From positions 27,094,001 to 27,158,000 of the forward strand of contig NC_088805.1 in the NCBI RefSeq assembly GCF_011386835.1: a stretch of 64,000 nucleotides of DNA, read 5' to 3'. Of the stretch, positions 12,354-24,530 are shown piece by piece. Source of the stretch: Chrysemys picta bellii. Taxonomy: Eukaryota. A program made the translations under genes and the position numbers. Each line of letters opens with the position of its first letter. The first letter of the stretch is position 1. The notes under the pieces were generated by a model. That model had not been told where the DNA came from and did no database searches. It was given only the letters and a program-made list of their open reading frames with translations.

Positions 12354-13997
12354 CTGTGGACATAGGAAACAAATACAAAATGTGAGGACAGGTGCTGGCA
12401 GACCATGGAGTGAGTTCTCTAATGTAAGTGAAACGTTGCAAGAACGCTGAAAGTGAAGCTAAGTGCTGGAATCAGTTTATTTTAAGAGTGATGAAACTCT
12501 ATGACTGCCATGAGAGCTAACTAAAGTATCTGCCATTCTGTTCAAATGGTAGGTTAACAACTACTTTCTGTAAGACCTCTATCTGGGGCTAATTCAAAGC
12601 CAACTGAGATCAAAAGAACGTTTCCCATTGACTTCAGTGGGTTTTGGATCAGATCTTCTATGCAGCAAACAAATATATACAAAGAGGGATGTCTATTTTG
12701 GAGGATGTAATCTGTAGTAAATATAGCTAATTCTATAAAAAAAACTACTTTGTAAATGAGAAGAGAATACAATATTTCTGAACTGTTTTGTAACTGTATT
12801 CTCCAATCATGTTTTTTAAGAGAAGAAAATAGCTTAAGGTAATGCCTCAATATATAAAGCTATTTTTCCCATACATTTCTTCAAAATATTTGGGATGTAA
12901 TACAGTAGAGAAATTATTCTCTTAACTATTTTGTATTCCATTCACAGTCTAACAAAACTTTACCTTTTCATTCACACAGTGGTTACAGTATTTGATCATT
13001 AAATATGCAAAGAAATGTAAGTTAACACAGAATGTTGAGCGACTACTCAAGCAGTCATGGTAGACTAGTATGCAGGGTATTAATTCTCTAAAAGTGACAC
13101 ACATATACCAACTCCAAGTGGATCAGTCTTACAAAAACCCCATTCAACTCTAGTGGTTTTAAAAACATTAATCTTATAATATCTACAGCCACTTTGGTGT
13201 GGAGCATTTTATGGGGTTTAATAGCTGTATGGCATTAGATATAGGCTTTGCCTTCATTGCCAAAAAAGGTGTGTTTTTTACTGCAGGATAACTAATGTAC
13301 ATTATCTATCTTGCCATAAAATTCTAGTGCAATTAGAATGGATGTCTATTCCCTGGAGACTTGTATTCTGTACTCATGCATATTCAGTTGCCCTTGATTG
13401 GTGTGGGAAATCCTTTTCTTGTTGTTTAGTGGTAGAAGCCGAGTTTGGCTAGTTTTCAATTTCTGAGTAATACATATTCTCTAACTTACTTCAGGAACCA
13501 CTGTGAAGTACATTTGCTTCTTAATGCTTGGTTGTTGTTGCTGTTTTTAAATACTATTCCAGTATCTCTGACAGCTTGTATCAGTACCTTATTGTTGATA
13601 AAGTAATTTTAAAGCCCTCAAAATATACTAAAGCTTACCTTCCACTAATTAAGGACCTAGTCCCACTTCTGTTGAAGTCAATAAAATGTTTGCCAATGAT
13701 TTCACTTGAGTGCAGGATTAGGCCCATCAGACTCAAGAAAAAAAAAAGTAGAGCTTGTACTACTGTCCATAAGAAACTATTTCTAGTCATGAAATATGAT
13801 AGCCGAGTATAACCGGCAGATTAAAACAATTCCTATACCAAGCACGCTTTATCAGCGTTTAGCTAATAATAGTAAGAGAGCTTTAAAGATTAAAACACAT
13901 TAAAAAATTCCAAACCAATTATGTCCATATCATTGTATTGATGGTTATCGCTGTGGTAGCGGCTAGCCTGTATGGGAGTGGGAGAATTTTGCCTTAC

Positions 13998-14147
13998 CAA
14001 CTGTTGCTGAATAGCCTCATGACGTTGTTTTAGGAGTTCTTCTGTTCTCTGTAGGATACCGTACTCGGCTGTAATTTCTGCTATTTCTTGACGTTTCTTT
14101 TTATAAAATGTGTTCTTGCTTCGAAGTTTATTAACATATCGTTTAAA
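13998..14147 (-). CDS. IFT81: IFT81 exon 12
   Basis: Acceptor tctcatttcag, donor gtaagg; [50 protein letters not shown]; 150 nt. Confidence 0.96.
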
Positions 14148-14234
14148 CTGAAATGAGACATAACAGGGATATTTGTAATTTAATTTGAATGAAAAAAAAT
14201 GGCCTTATCACACTTTGTAACTGTATACAATAAA

Positions 14235-14465
14235 CTCTCCTGTTTAGATAGCATTTAGCAGAGAACTGGAAATCAGGACTCCCAGGTTCTATTTTCAGTT
14301 CTGCCAATCACTCACCATGAGACATCAGAAAAGTCAGTTCCATCTCTCTATACCTCTGTTTAGCCATTTGGAACTTGGAAATCATTCATTTCTACTTACT
14401 TGCCCCACTGGGGGGCTAGAATGGCTAACTGATGTTTGAAAATTTGTGTAGATCCTTGGATAATA
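14235..14465 (+). mobile_element. MIR-like SINE (forward)
   Basis: gaactggaaatcaggactcccaggttctattttcagttctgcc..ctctctatacctctgttt..tagatccttgga follows MIR head-core-tail order. Confidence 0.55.
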
Positions 14466-14479
14466 ATAAAGTTAATATA

Positions 14480-14715
14480 ATAGTACTTTGCACTTACATG
14501 AGAATGCCTTTCATCCAAGAACATCAAAGAGCTTTACAGAACTGAACTACATCCTTGTGAAGTAGATAATCATTATTATTCCCACTTTACAGATGGAAAC
14601 TGAGACACAGAGAGATGACTTGCTCAAAGTGACAAGACATTTGTGGCAGTCTGAGAGTAGAACTCAGGTCTCCCACTATCTATTCATGGGCTTGAGCCAC
14701 AAGATTGCCCTTCTT
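14480..14715 (-). mobile_element. MIR-like SINE (reverse)
   Basis: attattattcccactttacagatggaaactgagacacagagagatgacttgctcaaagtgac matches the reverse MIR core. Confidence 0.7.
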
Positions 14716-14989
14716 CTCCTAAGATGAAAGGCAGTGGTAAGGTATTATCATTAATGTTCCAGTTACCTCTGATTCACGTCACCATGGCAATTACATTTTT
14801 TTAAATTAAGTGTTCTATTCCCCCCCCCCCCGAATTTAACCAGTGAACACACAGGAATTACAGAGTCCTATGATCCTAAAGCTCATGCTTCAGGGTTTCA
14901 GCGAGTCACCTGCAGGGGTCAGGAATGAATTCCCCCACCCCCACCCCCATGTATTCTACAGAGTATTTAAACAAAAAAATCCTCTCTCT

Positions 14990-15915
14990 GAAGTATCAAG
15001 GATGGCCACATCTGGAAATGGGACATTGTACGGGGTTAACCAGGGCTCTGAGGTGGCACCAAGCATAGGCGCCGACTTCCCCTCTGCCCAGTGTGTGCTC
15101 GACACCCCCCCCACCCTGCCCCGCCCCTGCACCACCCTCGTCCCACCCTCATTCCACCCCTTCCCCAAAGTCCCCGCCCCACCCTGCCTTTTCACACCCC
15201 AACCCTGCCCACTTCCCGCCCCCATTCCACCTCTTTCCCTCAAGTCCCCACCCCTACCCTGCCTCTTCTCTGCCTCCTCCCCTGAGTGCACTGTATCTCC
15301 GCTCCTCCCCCTCCCTCCCAGAAAGTCCTAAGTGCTGCCAAACAGCTGTTAGGCAGCGGGCAGGCTGGAAGCACTGGGAGGGAGGGAGGGGGAGGAGTGG
15401 GGATGCGGCACGCTCGGGGTGGGTGGAGAAGGTGGTGAGATGGGGGGAGCTTGGCTACTGGTGGGTGTAGAGCACCCGCTGATTTCTCTCATGGAGTCGG
15501 CGCCTATGGCACCAAGCATTCTATCTCTCAGGTGCTTGGCTGGCTGGTTCTTACTCGCATGCTCAAGGTCTAACTGATCGCCATATGCGGCATTGGGAAG
15601 GAATTTCCCCCAGGTCAGTTTGGCAGTGACCTTGGGGGTTTTTCATCTTCCACGGCAGCGTGGGGTGCAGGTCACTTGCCACAATTGTCTGGGTATGTCT
15701 CATTTAATTATTTCCCTGCCATTGCAGGGGCCTCGAGCACTGGTGCACTTTGATTGGTGCCTCCTATTCTCTGCCTGTGGCACATAATTGTCTAATCTCC
15801 TGAGGGCTGTAATACTTTGGTCTGATTTTGGTTGTTGGGATAATGTGCAGTGCTGGTGGTGGCTTGTGACATACAGGAGGTCAGACTGGTGGTCCCTTCT
15901 GAGCTTGAACTCATG
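14990..15915 (+). mobile_element. CR1 LINE 3' region fragment, interrupted by a hAT MITE
   Basis: tgatcgccat..ggaaggaatttcccccaggtcag..gggggtttttcatcttcc and terminal gaggtcagactgg..tggtcccttctg typical of reptile CR1 3' tails; boundaries approximate. Confidence 0.6.
15064..15508. mobile_element. hAT-superfamily MITE
   Basis: Perfect 14-bp TIR CATAGGCGCCGACT; perfect 8-bp TSD GCACCAAG at 15056-15063 and 15509-15516. Confidence 0.9.
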
Positions 15916-16344
15916 GAGTTCTCAGTTATAATGGGAAAGGGCAGAAAAATGCAAAGAGAAATTGAGACGGGCCATAGGGAAAAGACTCTTAATTTAAGTA
16001 CTGGTTGTAAGTAGTTAAAATACTGATCTCTTTTAACGTTTGATCTCTTTTAATGTCAACTCTTCACTCCGTGTACCCAGCTGAAGGACTGTCATACATA
16101 GAACTAGCATAAAAGGCACACAGCTAGAATTAGCGAACAGGAGTTCAATTTTTGCTTATTAAAAAGTAAAGCATAATAATCCCGAGCCTTACAGATCATC
16201 ACATTTACTTAATCTGTCTCTCAATTCTTACATGTTCAACTTGATATACCCCTGAAAAATCAGGCCATAGGTGTCTCTTAAGCTGAACGCAGAAGAACTG
16301 AGGCTCTTTGAATTACTAACTTTTTTTTTTATATGTATGATTAC

Positions 16345-16475
16345 ACTCTCTTATCTCTAAGTTTTCCCATTTATAAAATGAGGTTAGCTCTTATTGATAC
16401 CCTTCACAGGGATGTTATGAGGCAAAAATCATTGATATTTGTAAAGTGCTTTTAGATCCACAGATGGAGAGCATG
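16345..16475 (+). mobile_element. MIR-like SINE fragment
   Basis: agttttcccatttataaaatgagg..cacagggatgttatgagg..ttgtaaagtgctttagatcc. Confidence 0.6.
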
Positions 16476-18136
16476 GAATTCAAAACAAATAAAATACGCT
16501 GTGATAATTTAGTGTAAAACAGGTTTCAAAATGTTCAGCTGGGATAAAGTCATTATTGTAGAATTAGTGCATTCTACTAACAAAGAATCACAAGAAAATA
16601 TCAGCAGTCCTAGTACCACAGATACAATTTTAAACTATAAAAATTAAGATGCATGAAAGTACCTAGCTTGTGAGCGAATTTCCCTGTTGAAGAATAATGC
16701 ATAAAACTGATGTGACTACAGCCTAAGAACCCTTAGAGTAACTATGTTCTATAAAAAGTGTCCTGGGCAAAATGCCCAAAATGAAATCCACCCTGTTCAT
16801 CTGCCATCCTGTGCAATATCTAGGCCAAAGCTTTTTCTATCTTGCTATGCTCCAGAACTATTTTTAAAGACAAAAGCTATAAACGTTTTTCGTGAAAGAA
16901 CAAACCCACAAATTACTCAATGTGCTCTATGCAGATTGGACTATGTGTGGCTTTAGAATACCATTTTACATTGTGTGTTTTACCTAGGACAAGGTCACAA
17001 AAGTCATAGCACTAAGAGTAAAGCAGCAGTTTTGTTACAATAAAGACCTCAGTACAATTGTAATGTTGTTGTTGCAAGTTTAACTAGCCCATTAATTAGC
17101 AAAAGAAACAAATCCTTTCAATTTATACAGACTAGAAAAAAATGTTTTATCACTTGTGCAAACACTGACTTTTGTGGTTTTCAAGCTATTACAGAAGATA
17201 CTTTGTTACAAAATAATCAGACATAATTCCAACTAACACAAACCAATATAACAAACACATAACATGGATTGCCCTCTTCTCTCTTGATGGAGCAGTTCCA
17301 GTGATATTTCATTTGGACAGCAGGATATAGTCAAGAATTATGTAAGAGAAGAAACTTTTTTCACATGTGACTATAGACAGCTGTCAGATCTGAATGATTT
17401 TCTGTCAGTTTACCCCAGGGTTGAAAGGAAGCTATTATTCTCCTCACTTCCATAACTACTTTTAAGGTCTTGAAAATAGCCTGTGTGGGAGACACAGTAT
17501 TTGCATATTCAGTATTTTGCCAAACACAATCTACTTAATAATGGAAACCAAAGGACCCTGTTGATTAAAGAACTGATTCCACAGATGTTCTATTATTAGC
17601 GGACTGAGTCTGGGCCATATAATAAGCAACCATCCAAACCCCCAAAAATTGACGAAACCTTCAGATAGGAACATGTGGACAGGGTTGCAACTCCATCCAT
17701 TTTAGGACAAGCAAATCTGGCTCTAATAGTGCGATCTCCTGGTTTATAAATGCATATTTTGGTTTTTACATTATTCTAGTTACATGAAACTGTAAAACAA
17801 GATATAAGCAATAGTAGCAAGATGACAATGTTCTGTAGATAATGAATCAAATAGCCTGGCAGAATTTCTACAGACTTAGTCTTCTCCAAATGTAACACAG
17901 ATTTGAAAACCCTCCTAAATCCAGGGCCAAATTCAGTGCTAGGTCAGCAGGTGCAACTCCATTTAAATCTAACTGGAAATGAGCTCATGGCAGACTTACC
18001 AGATCTGTGACAGCCCAGGTGCCCCCTAGCCCAGCAACATGAATCAAACCAAGAGATCCCCCAAATCAGGGAATTTATGACTAGTCTAATTGCAAATTAC
18101 CAATCCTTTCAAATGTGTGAAAGCATACTAGGGCAT

Positions 18137-18460
18137 TTCAAGTATGTAAAAGGTTGTTACAAGGAGGAGAAAGAAATTTTTTTTTCTTAACCTCTGAGTA
18201 TAGGACAAGAAGCAATGGGCTTAAATTTCAGCAAGGGAAGTGTAGGTTGGACATAAGGAAAAACTTCCTAACTGTCAGGGTGGTTAAGCACTGGAATAAA
18301 TTGCCTAGGGAGGTGGTGGAATCTCCATCATTGGAGATTTTTAAGAGCAGGTTAGACAAACACCTGTCAGGAATGGTCTAGATAATTAGTCCTGCCACAA
18401 GTGCAGGGGCAGGACTAGATGACCTCTCAAGGTCACTTCTGGTTCTGTGATTCTATGATT
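18137..18460 (+). mobile_element. CR1 LINE 3' end (ORF2 C-terminus plus 3'UTR)
   Basis: RTRSNGLKFQQGKCRLDIRKNFLTVRVVKHWNKLPREVVESPSLEIFKSRLDKHLSGM; ends in gattctatgatt repeat. Confidence 0.92.
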
Positions 18461-18639
18461 ATTTGCAGACATGCTTAGCATCTGCAGTGCCCTGCAACTC
18501 ATCTTTAGCTGTGTGTGGGGGGGGGGAAATCAGTCCCTTAAAGCTTTTAATAAAATATTACATTTTACTCTGGTAAGAAGCCTTTAAGTAAGAAAAGGAT
18601 TAGCTACATTTAGCCAAATCGCTTTCAAATTATACACCT

Positions 18640-18800
18640 CACTCTTATATAGCACATTTCATTGGTAGATCTCTAAGCACTTTACAAAGGAGGTCAGTAT
18701 CATTATCCCCATTTTACAGATGGGGAAACTGAGACACACAGAGGTGAAGTGGCTTGCCAAGATCACTCAGCCAGCAAGCAGGAATAGAAAGGAGTCCATT
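18640..18800 (-). mobile_element. MIR-like SINE
   Basis: cattatccccattttacagatggggaaactgagacacacagaggtgaagtggcttgccaagatcac. Confidence 0.75.
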
Positions 18801-19344
18801 TTCCAGCAATCTGCTCATAGATCAGGTCATCTGTTTCCTGCATAGAAGCTCAGCAGAATCCATTTAGAGCATTCCTATGGATCTATTATTTCCCGAAGTA
18901 AAGTATCATTTCAAAGACATTTGTCCTCTAGTGAGCTTTCCGTTTTCAAGCAACTTAACATTAATAGTTATTTAAGCTTCAAAGATCAAATGACTGGACA
19001 AGAACCATTTGCTGGCGCTGAGGTAACATTTAAAGTAAACAAACCAGCCTTCTGACCGTTGCTTGCTAGCCAAGTCAGAGGCCCCCTGAGTACAGAAACT
19101 CTGAATGTAAGCAAAGAAAAATTATGCTTTTCCACTTGATTATTTATATGGGTGGATGTAATATAAAAGCCTGGTAGCTATGCTATAAAATGGATTGAAT
19201 AAAAGTCGGACTTTGACCAGAACTCATCGTTCTGAGGCATATGGGTACCTAGAATCCCAGGACAGATTAGCTGTGTAACCCTCACATTTTATTTAAAGAT
19301 CCACCACCAACACTATCACTTACCCCTGCTCTGTTGACTTCCAT

Positions 19345-19630
19345 ATTATTATCTAAAGGCACTTTAGAAATATTAATGTATTAAGTCTCACAACACCCTT
19401 GTGAGATGGATAAGTATTATCATTTTACAGATGGGGAAACTGAGTCCGAGCTATTAAATTGACTTTCACAAGAGCATACAGGAAATCTGTGGGACACCTT
19501 TGAATTTATCTGCTCATTCAGCAAAGCACGTCAGCGTGTTAAGCACATGCTTACTGCTTTGTTGAACTGGAGCCCAAACCTACATTCCTAACTCTCAGTC
19601 CTACTCTTTAACCACAAGACCATCTTTCCT
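19345..19630 (-). mobile_element. MIR-like SINE with an internal short palindromic insertion
   Basis: cattttacagatggggaaactgagtc core; interrupted at about 19500-19575; resumes cctaactctcagtcc..ttaaccacaagacc. Confidence 0.6.
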
Positions 19631-21099
19631 TAAAAGTAATACTTAAGTAACATATTCCCTTCATATGGTTACGTCACTTGGCTTTTGACCTAGCACCTCT
19701 CACAATTGTCAGTGTATTTGGGATATTTGACACAATCAAAGCAGTCCTGGGAAGGGCAGTGTATCATAAACGAACAGACAACATTTCGAAGTCTTTGTTT
19801 TTAAAGAACTATATTCTTAGGTACATAAATGGTGATCTTCATTCCCTCCTATTTCTTTGCTTCCTCTCTTTTCGTAATGCTTTCCCAAATGAAAGAACAC
19901 TGGCATACAATATACTCTAATCCTCTATAAACTATGTCCATTATATGTACTATACACAGTTTAGGGCTTGATCCTGCAAAGTTCTCCACATTCTGGCCCC
20001 AATCTTGCAAACACAAGTACATTCTTAACTTTAAGCACAAGTAGTTCCATTGACTTCAACGGCAGTACTAACATACTTAAAGCTACGAATATACTGAAGT
20101 GCTCTGCAAGATTGAGCCCTTCGCAAGCAGCATAATTCTGATTTATGTTAGTTGAGGTTTTCTTCTATATTTCTTTCAATAACCAAAAAGTGTCAATCAT
20201 AAGTTTAAACAACTCACAATATTTGGTGTTTTTCTTTAAGATCCTGCTTGTGGAGTCATGTTATAAGTTTCTAGCCATTATAGTTGCAGAGAAAATCCTG
20301 ATAACCCTAAAGGCCCAAAAATCCAGCAGGAAAAAACAACAACAAAAGACAATCCAAAATATTTATTTTAAAAATCTCATTATTTTTAAGCCAATCCCAT
20401 GATTTTTGAGTGCTTGGGATTATGAGTTTATAAACATGATGGGACATATTCTGTATTGATTTACCCTGGGCAGTTCCAGTGAAGTAGGAAATGGTATAAA
20501 TCAGAGCAGAAGTTGGTCGCTTATTAGGGTTAAGAATTTTATTTTCTACTTTATCATTAATACTGCCATTGACTTAATATTTATTAATATTTAAAGATTT
20601 ACTAGATAAAAACCTTTCAGATGTAGCCAGGCACTAGTTTATTTGGGTATCCTCTATCATATAAACAGGAAAAAGAACAAAAGAATGGAGATTTCACAAA
20701 CTCCTTACTCCAGGATTAACAACAGCAAACATTGAAAAGATGAAAGGAGAGGCTAGTTTTTTGGGGGGGTGATGGGGTGGGGTGAAATAAATCCACAAAT
20801 CAATCCCTTACTTTTGTGGCAATCACTGAATGTGGTATCATGTGGGGATATCATTTTAGATGCATCATATTAAAAATATTCCTTTTTGCATAAACTCAAT
20901 GTAGAAAACAAGGTATTAAATGTGAAGAAAAGATTTTAGCAGCAGTTATGTCAAGGTATCGAAAACCAACTAAATTATTAATAATTAAGAACACCTGGGT
21001 AATATTAGGTCAGTCTAAACCCTAAAAACAGACTTTTCCTTCTGAAATTAAGAATTGAATGCAGATTCTGAATAAGCAGTTTTGTTAATCCTGGGACAT

Positions 21100-21600
21100 T
21101 ATCATTGTCACAATACGCCAGCCATAGAAAATCTTAGCCAAATCGGTGTACTGAGAATCAAGGAGCAGATGGTTAATTTTCTAGCCAGACCAATTAACAT
21201 GATAAAGGCCTTGCAAGCAATTAAAATTCAGTCAGGGAAAGTTCCTGGGCATGACAGGTTTTCAATAATCTTTTATCAGATCTCTGTGTTTGAGCCAGTA
21301 TAGATATTTTTACATATAACTAATGACTCATATACTTAGGACAAACTTTTAGAGAGAAGCCAATTATTTTGGTATAGTAAAAGGAAAATTATCCTACAGT
21401 CTGCTCATCAGACAGACCAATTACAGAAGTTCTTCATTAATGTTGACTAGCAGGTTTCTTCTAAGATGCTTGCTGCTGGGCAGGAAGGGATATTACGGCA
21501 GCCATTACTAATAATTTGTACCAATCCAAATATATTGAATGAAAGAGTGTTTCCTGTTATCACTGAAAACATGGAGATCAATAAGATTAATGCTTTATTC
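21100..21600 (+). mobile_element. Old L1/Tx1-like LINE ORF2 fragment
   Basis: IKALQAIKIQSGKVPGHDRFSIIFYQ resembles the L1-clade AIK..KSGKAPGPDGF..EFY motif; further degenerate TNYR..SL.....LL block downstream. Confidence 0.6.
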
Positions 21601-23439
21601 ATGCCTGTGGGTGTTGAAAGAACATTCAGTTGTGTGAAGTCGTATTTTAAGTCTGACTCAAAACATACATTTGGTTTTGGTGGTGGTTAATGTCTTACAG
21701 CAAGAGCTTTGGGCTTCAGTAACAATTCTATAGACTTGCTGTCTTTGTACTCACAGTGGGATTGACCAGAACATCCATTCCCTCTGCTTAATTTATTTAT
21801 AGAACCTTTGACAGAAAGGATTAAAACCTTTGTCCAATATTTCACTTGGTAGTTAAGAGAAAAAGATGGTTGCATAATGGTGGGGAAAATATATCCCAGG
21901 TCCCTGCTTAAACTCATTAACGCCTAAACTGCCAGCTCCTTGATGACCACACTTTTAAAGTTATCTATCTGGTATTGGTAACAGAAGTTTGTTTTTTGAT
22001 GGACTCACACTGACTAGGACACTTTTGGGGCAGATTGATCTACAGTCAAAGGCCTCTTTTCTTCCCCTGATATTTGCAAACAAAATATTTCTCCTTGAGA
22101 GAGAGAGAGAGATTTGTATGTAAAAATAACTCACCAACCAAGCAAGTTGCTTAACTCAACTACATGTTTAAAAATCCATGGGATGTCCTAGGCTACATTC
22201 TCAACAACATGTTCTTTTCGACTTCATCCACTATGGGTGAACCTAGCTTTGATCCTATTTAATTCTGATACCCTGGGAAAGTCTAGGCTCCTGGGGTCCT
22301 ACGTTGAACTCTGAAAAGTACGATGTGCTGTGAAAAGAGCTAAAAATATCACAGGTTTACCTAGGATCACTTGTAATTGAACCATCTACCCTTCTAAGTG
22401 TCAAAATTTGATTCCCTAATTTTCAGGATCTGACAGCTGCAGCTAACAGCTTGCCAGCTTTGCCCCTATGTTCATTGTACTTCTGTTTGAAGTACTTAAA
22501 AGATTTCACAATCCCTGCAGCAGACAGACAATTTAGCTCTTGCATTTTGTAGTTTGGTATCGAATGAATTGGTCACTGCCTGCTGTTGCCTGTAAATTCC
22601 ATCCGGCTGTGCAACTTCTTGAACTAGTTATGACTGGAAAACTGCATGTTCCTTTTCACGATTAGAAGAGAAGGCAAAACACTAGCTCCCAAAAACATAA
22701 GCCAGGATTGACCTTTCAGTGGATGAAGAGCTAAGAAGACCTCAACTGGAGATACAATTGCTGGTCTGAGAATCCAGGCAAAGAAGATATTAATTTGAAT
22801 GCCAAATGCAGCGAGTGCCATGCCATAAGGGGATACAGAAGCACTAGAGAGAGCAATTTGATAATAAATTATTAAAGATGTAAGATCACAGACATTAATG
22901 CCTAAGTATAAGAGAAAAAGAACATGTTGATTTTATTATAGGACTTGGGAAGAAGATAGTTGTGTTAATAGCTAGCCTCATCATTAAGACTGCATTTAAC
23001 CCCTTTAAAAATCATGTACAAATACAAAATGGAGAGGTGGAGATGTATTTCCCTGTGGGCACTCCACTTCAGATGCGCATGCATCATGTGCCTTTGATAG
23101 GAGATTTTTCATAGCAGTGCCCATTTGGCCCATGCATGTGCCCTATATATCCTTGTGCCCCATACTGAGGTATATAGGGCTGTGCGGACAAACCACCCTC
23201 AGTTCCCCCTCTACCGCAAAGTTCCACAGAGGAAACGCCGAAGCAAAGGGGAGGAGGGCGGGTAATGAAGCACCCATAGGGACACACGTCTTGAAGAACT
23301 CCAGTTATTGCACAAGGTAAGGAACCTCTCCTTCTTCTTCTAGTGTCCCTGTGGGTGGTGCACTTCAGGTGAATCCCAAGCAATAACCTCTTAAGGAGGT
23401 CGAGTTTTGGAAGATTCCATCACAGAATAAATATATCGC

Positions 23440-24530
23440 CTACTGCAGCATCTGATCTTGCAGTATGAATCATAATGGGTGGAAAACAAATGCACCAACA
23501 ATCATGTTGCAGCGTTGCAGATTTCAGCAACTAAAATATCCTTGAGTATGGCCACAGATGCAGACTGTGATTTAGTAGAATGTCCAGTCATTTGTTGGAG
23601 AGGTAGAACCTCAGCAGAACCATGAACAGGCAATAATGCATCCCGAGATCCATTCAGAAAGTCTCTGAGCGAAGATAAAGAATCCACTAGACTTATTTGC
23701 AATAGAAACAAAGAGTCTAGGAGTCTTCCCGAATGGCCTAGTTCTGTCCAAGTAAAAGGCTGATGGGCTCTTAACATCTAGCGTATACAAGGTAGATTCC
23801 TGTGTAAATTGTTGTAGCTTAGGAAAGAAAACTGGAAGGTGAATAGTTTGGTTAATGTGAAACTCAGAAGAAACCTTAGGTAAAAATTTTGGGTGGGGTC
23901 ATAATGGTACCTTCTCCTTGGAGAACACAATAAATGGAGAGCCTGCCATTAGAGTCCCCATTTCCCCAACCCTTTGAGCAGAAGTGATGGCCATCAAAAA
24001 GGTGAGCTGGTTAAGAACAAAGTTGAGATCCCGAAGTGGCATAGGGGTTCTAATCTGCAGAAAAAAAGTCATAAGGCTTTTCAGGAATCTCGTTGTGATT
24101 GGATGAGTGAACATCAAGAAACCTTGTACTGGCATGTGGAAAACTGTTATTGCACTCAATGTACCTCGACAGAACTCACAAAAAGCCCTGACATTTCCAA
24201 CTCCAAGAAGTAATCCAGGACTGTGGAAAAAGACAAGTGGGCAGGTGTAAGGTGGTGCCGGTTACACCAGAGATGATGATATCTCCATTTCTGAAAATTA
24301 GTGTATCTTGTAGATTCCTTTCTGCTAGTTAAAAGTACATTTTGTACTCCCGACGAACACAGGCCGCCTCTTAATCCTGAGAACCATTGAGAAACCATGT
24401 TTGTAGTTGCAGAACATTCAGAGTGGTGTGAAGTGTTTGACTTGCATCCTGAGACAACAGTAAAGGATTGCTCAGGAGCCACCATGGAGGGCAAGGGTTG
24501 TGTTTGATGAGGTAAGGAAACCAAACCTGT
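23440..24530 (-). pseudogene. DIRS tyrosine recombinase ORF remnant
   Basis: ITSAQRVGEM (SARRVSEL-type box), GHSTKSQSAS (HSTR-type box) and AAT*..STHY with the catalytic-Tyr-position HY at 23472-23477. Confidence 0.8.

Noticed and set aside
14843-15470. Pro-rich and Gly-rich ORFs of 111-162 aa on both strands
   Set aside because: By-products of the C-rich low-complexity interior of the hAT MITE; no domain signature.
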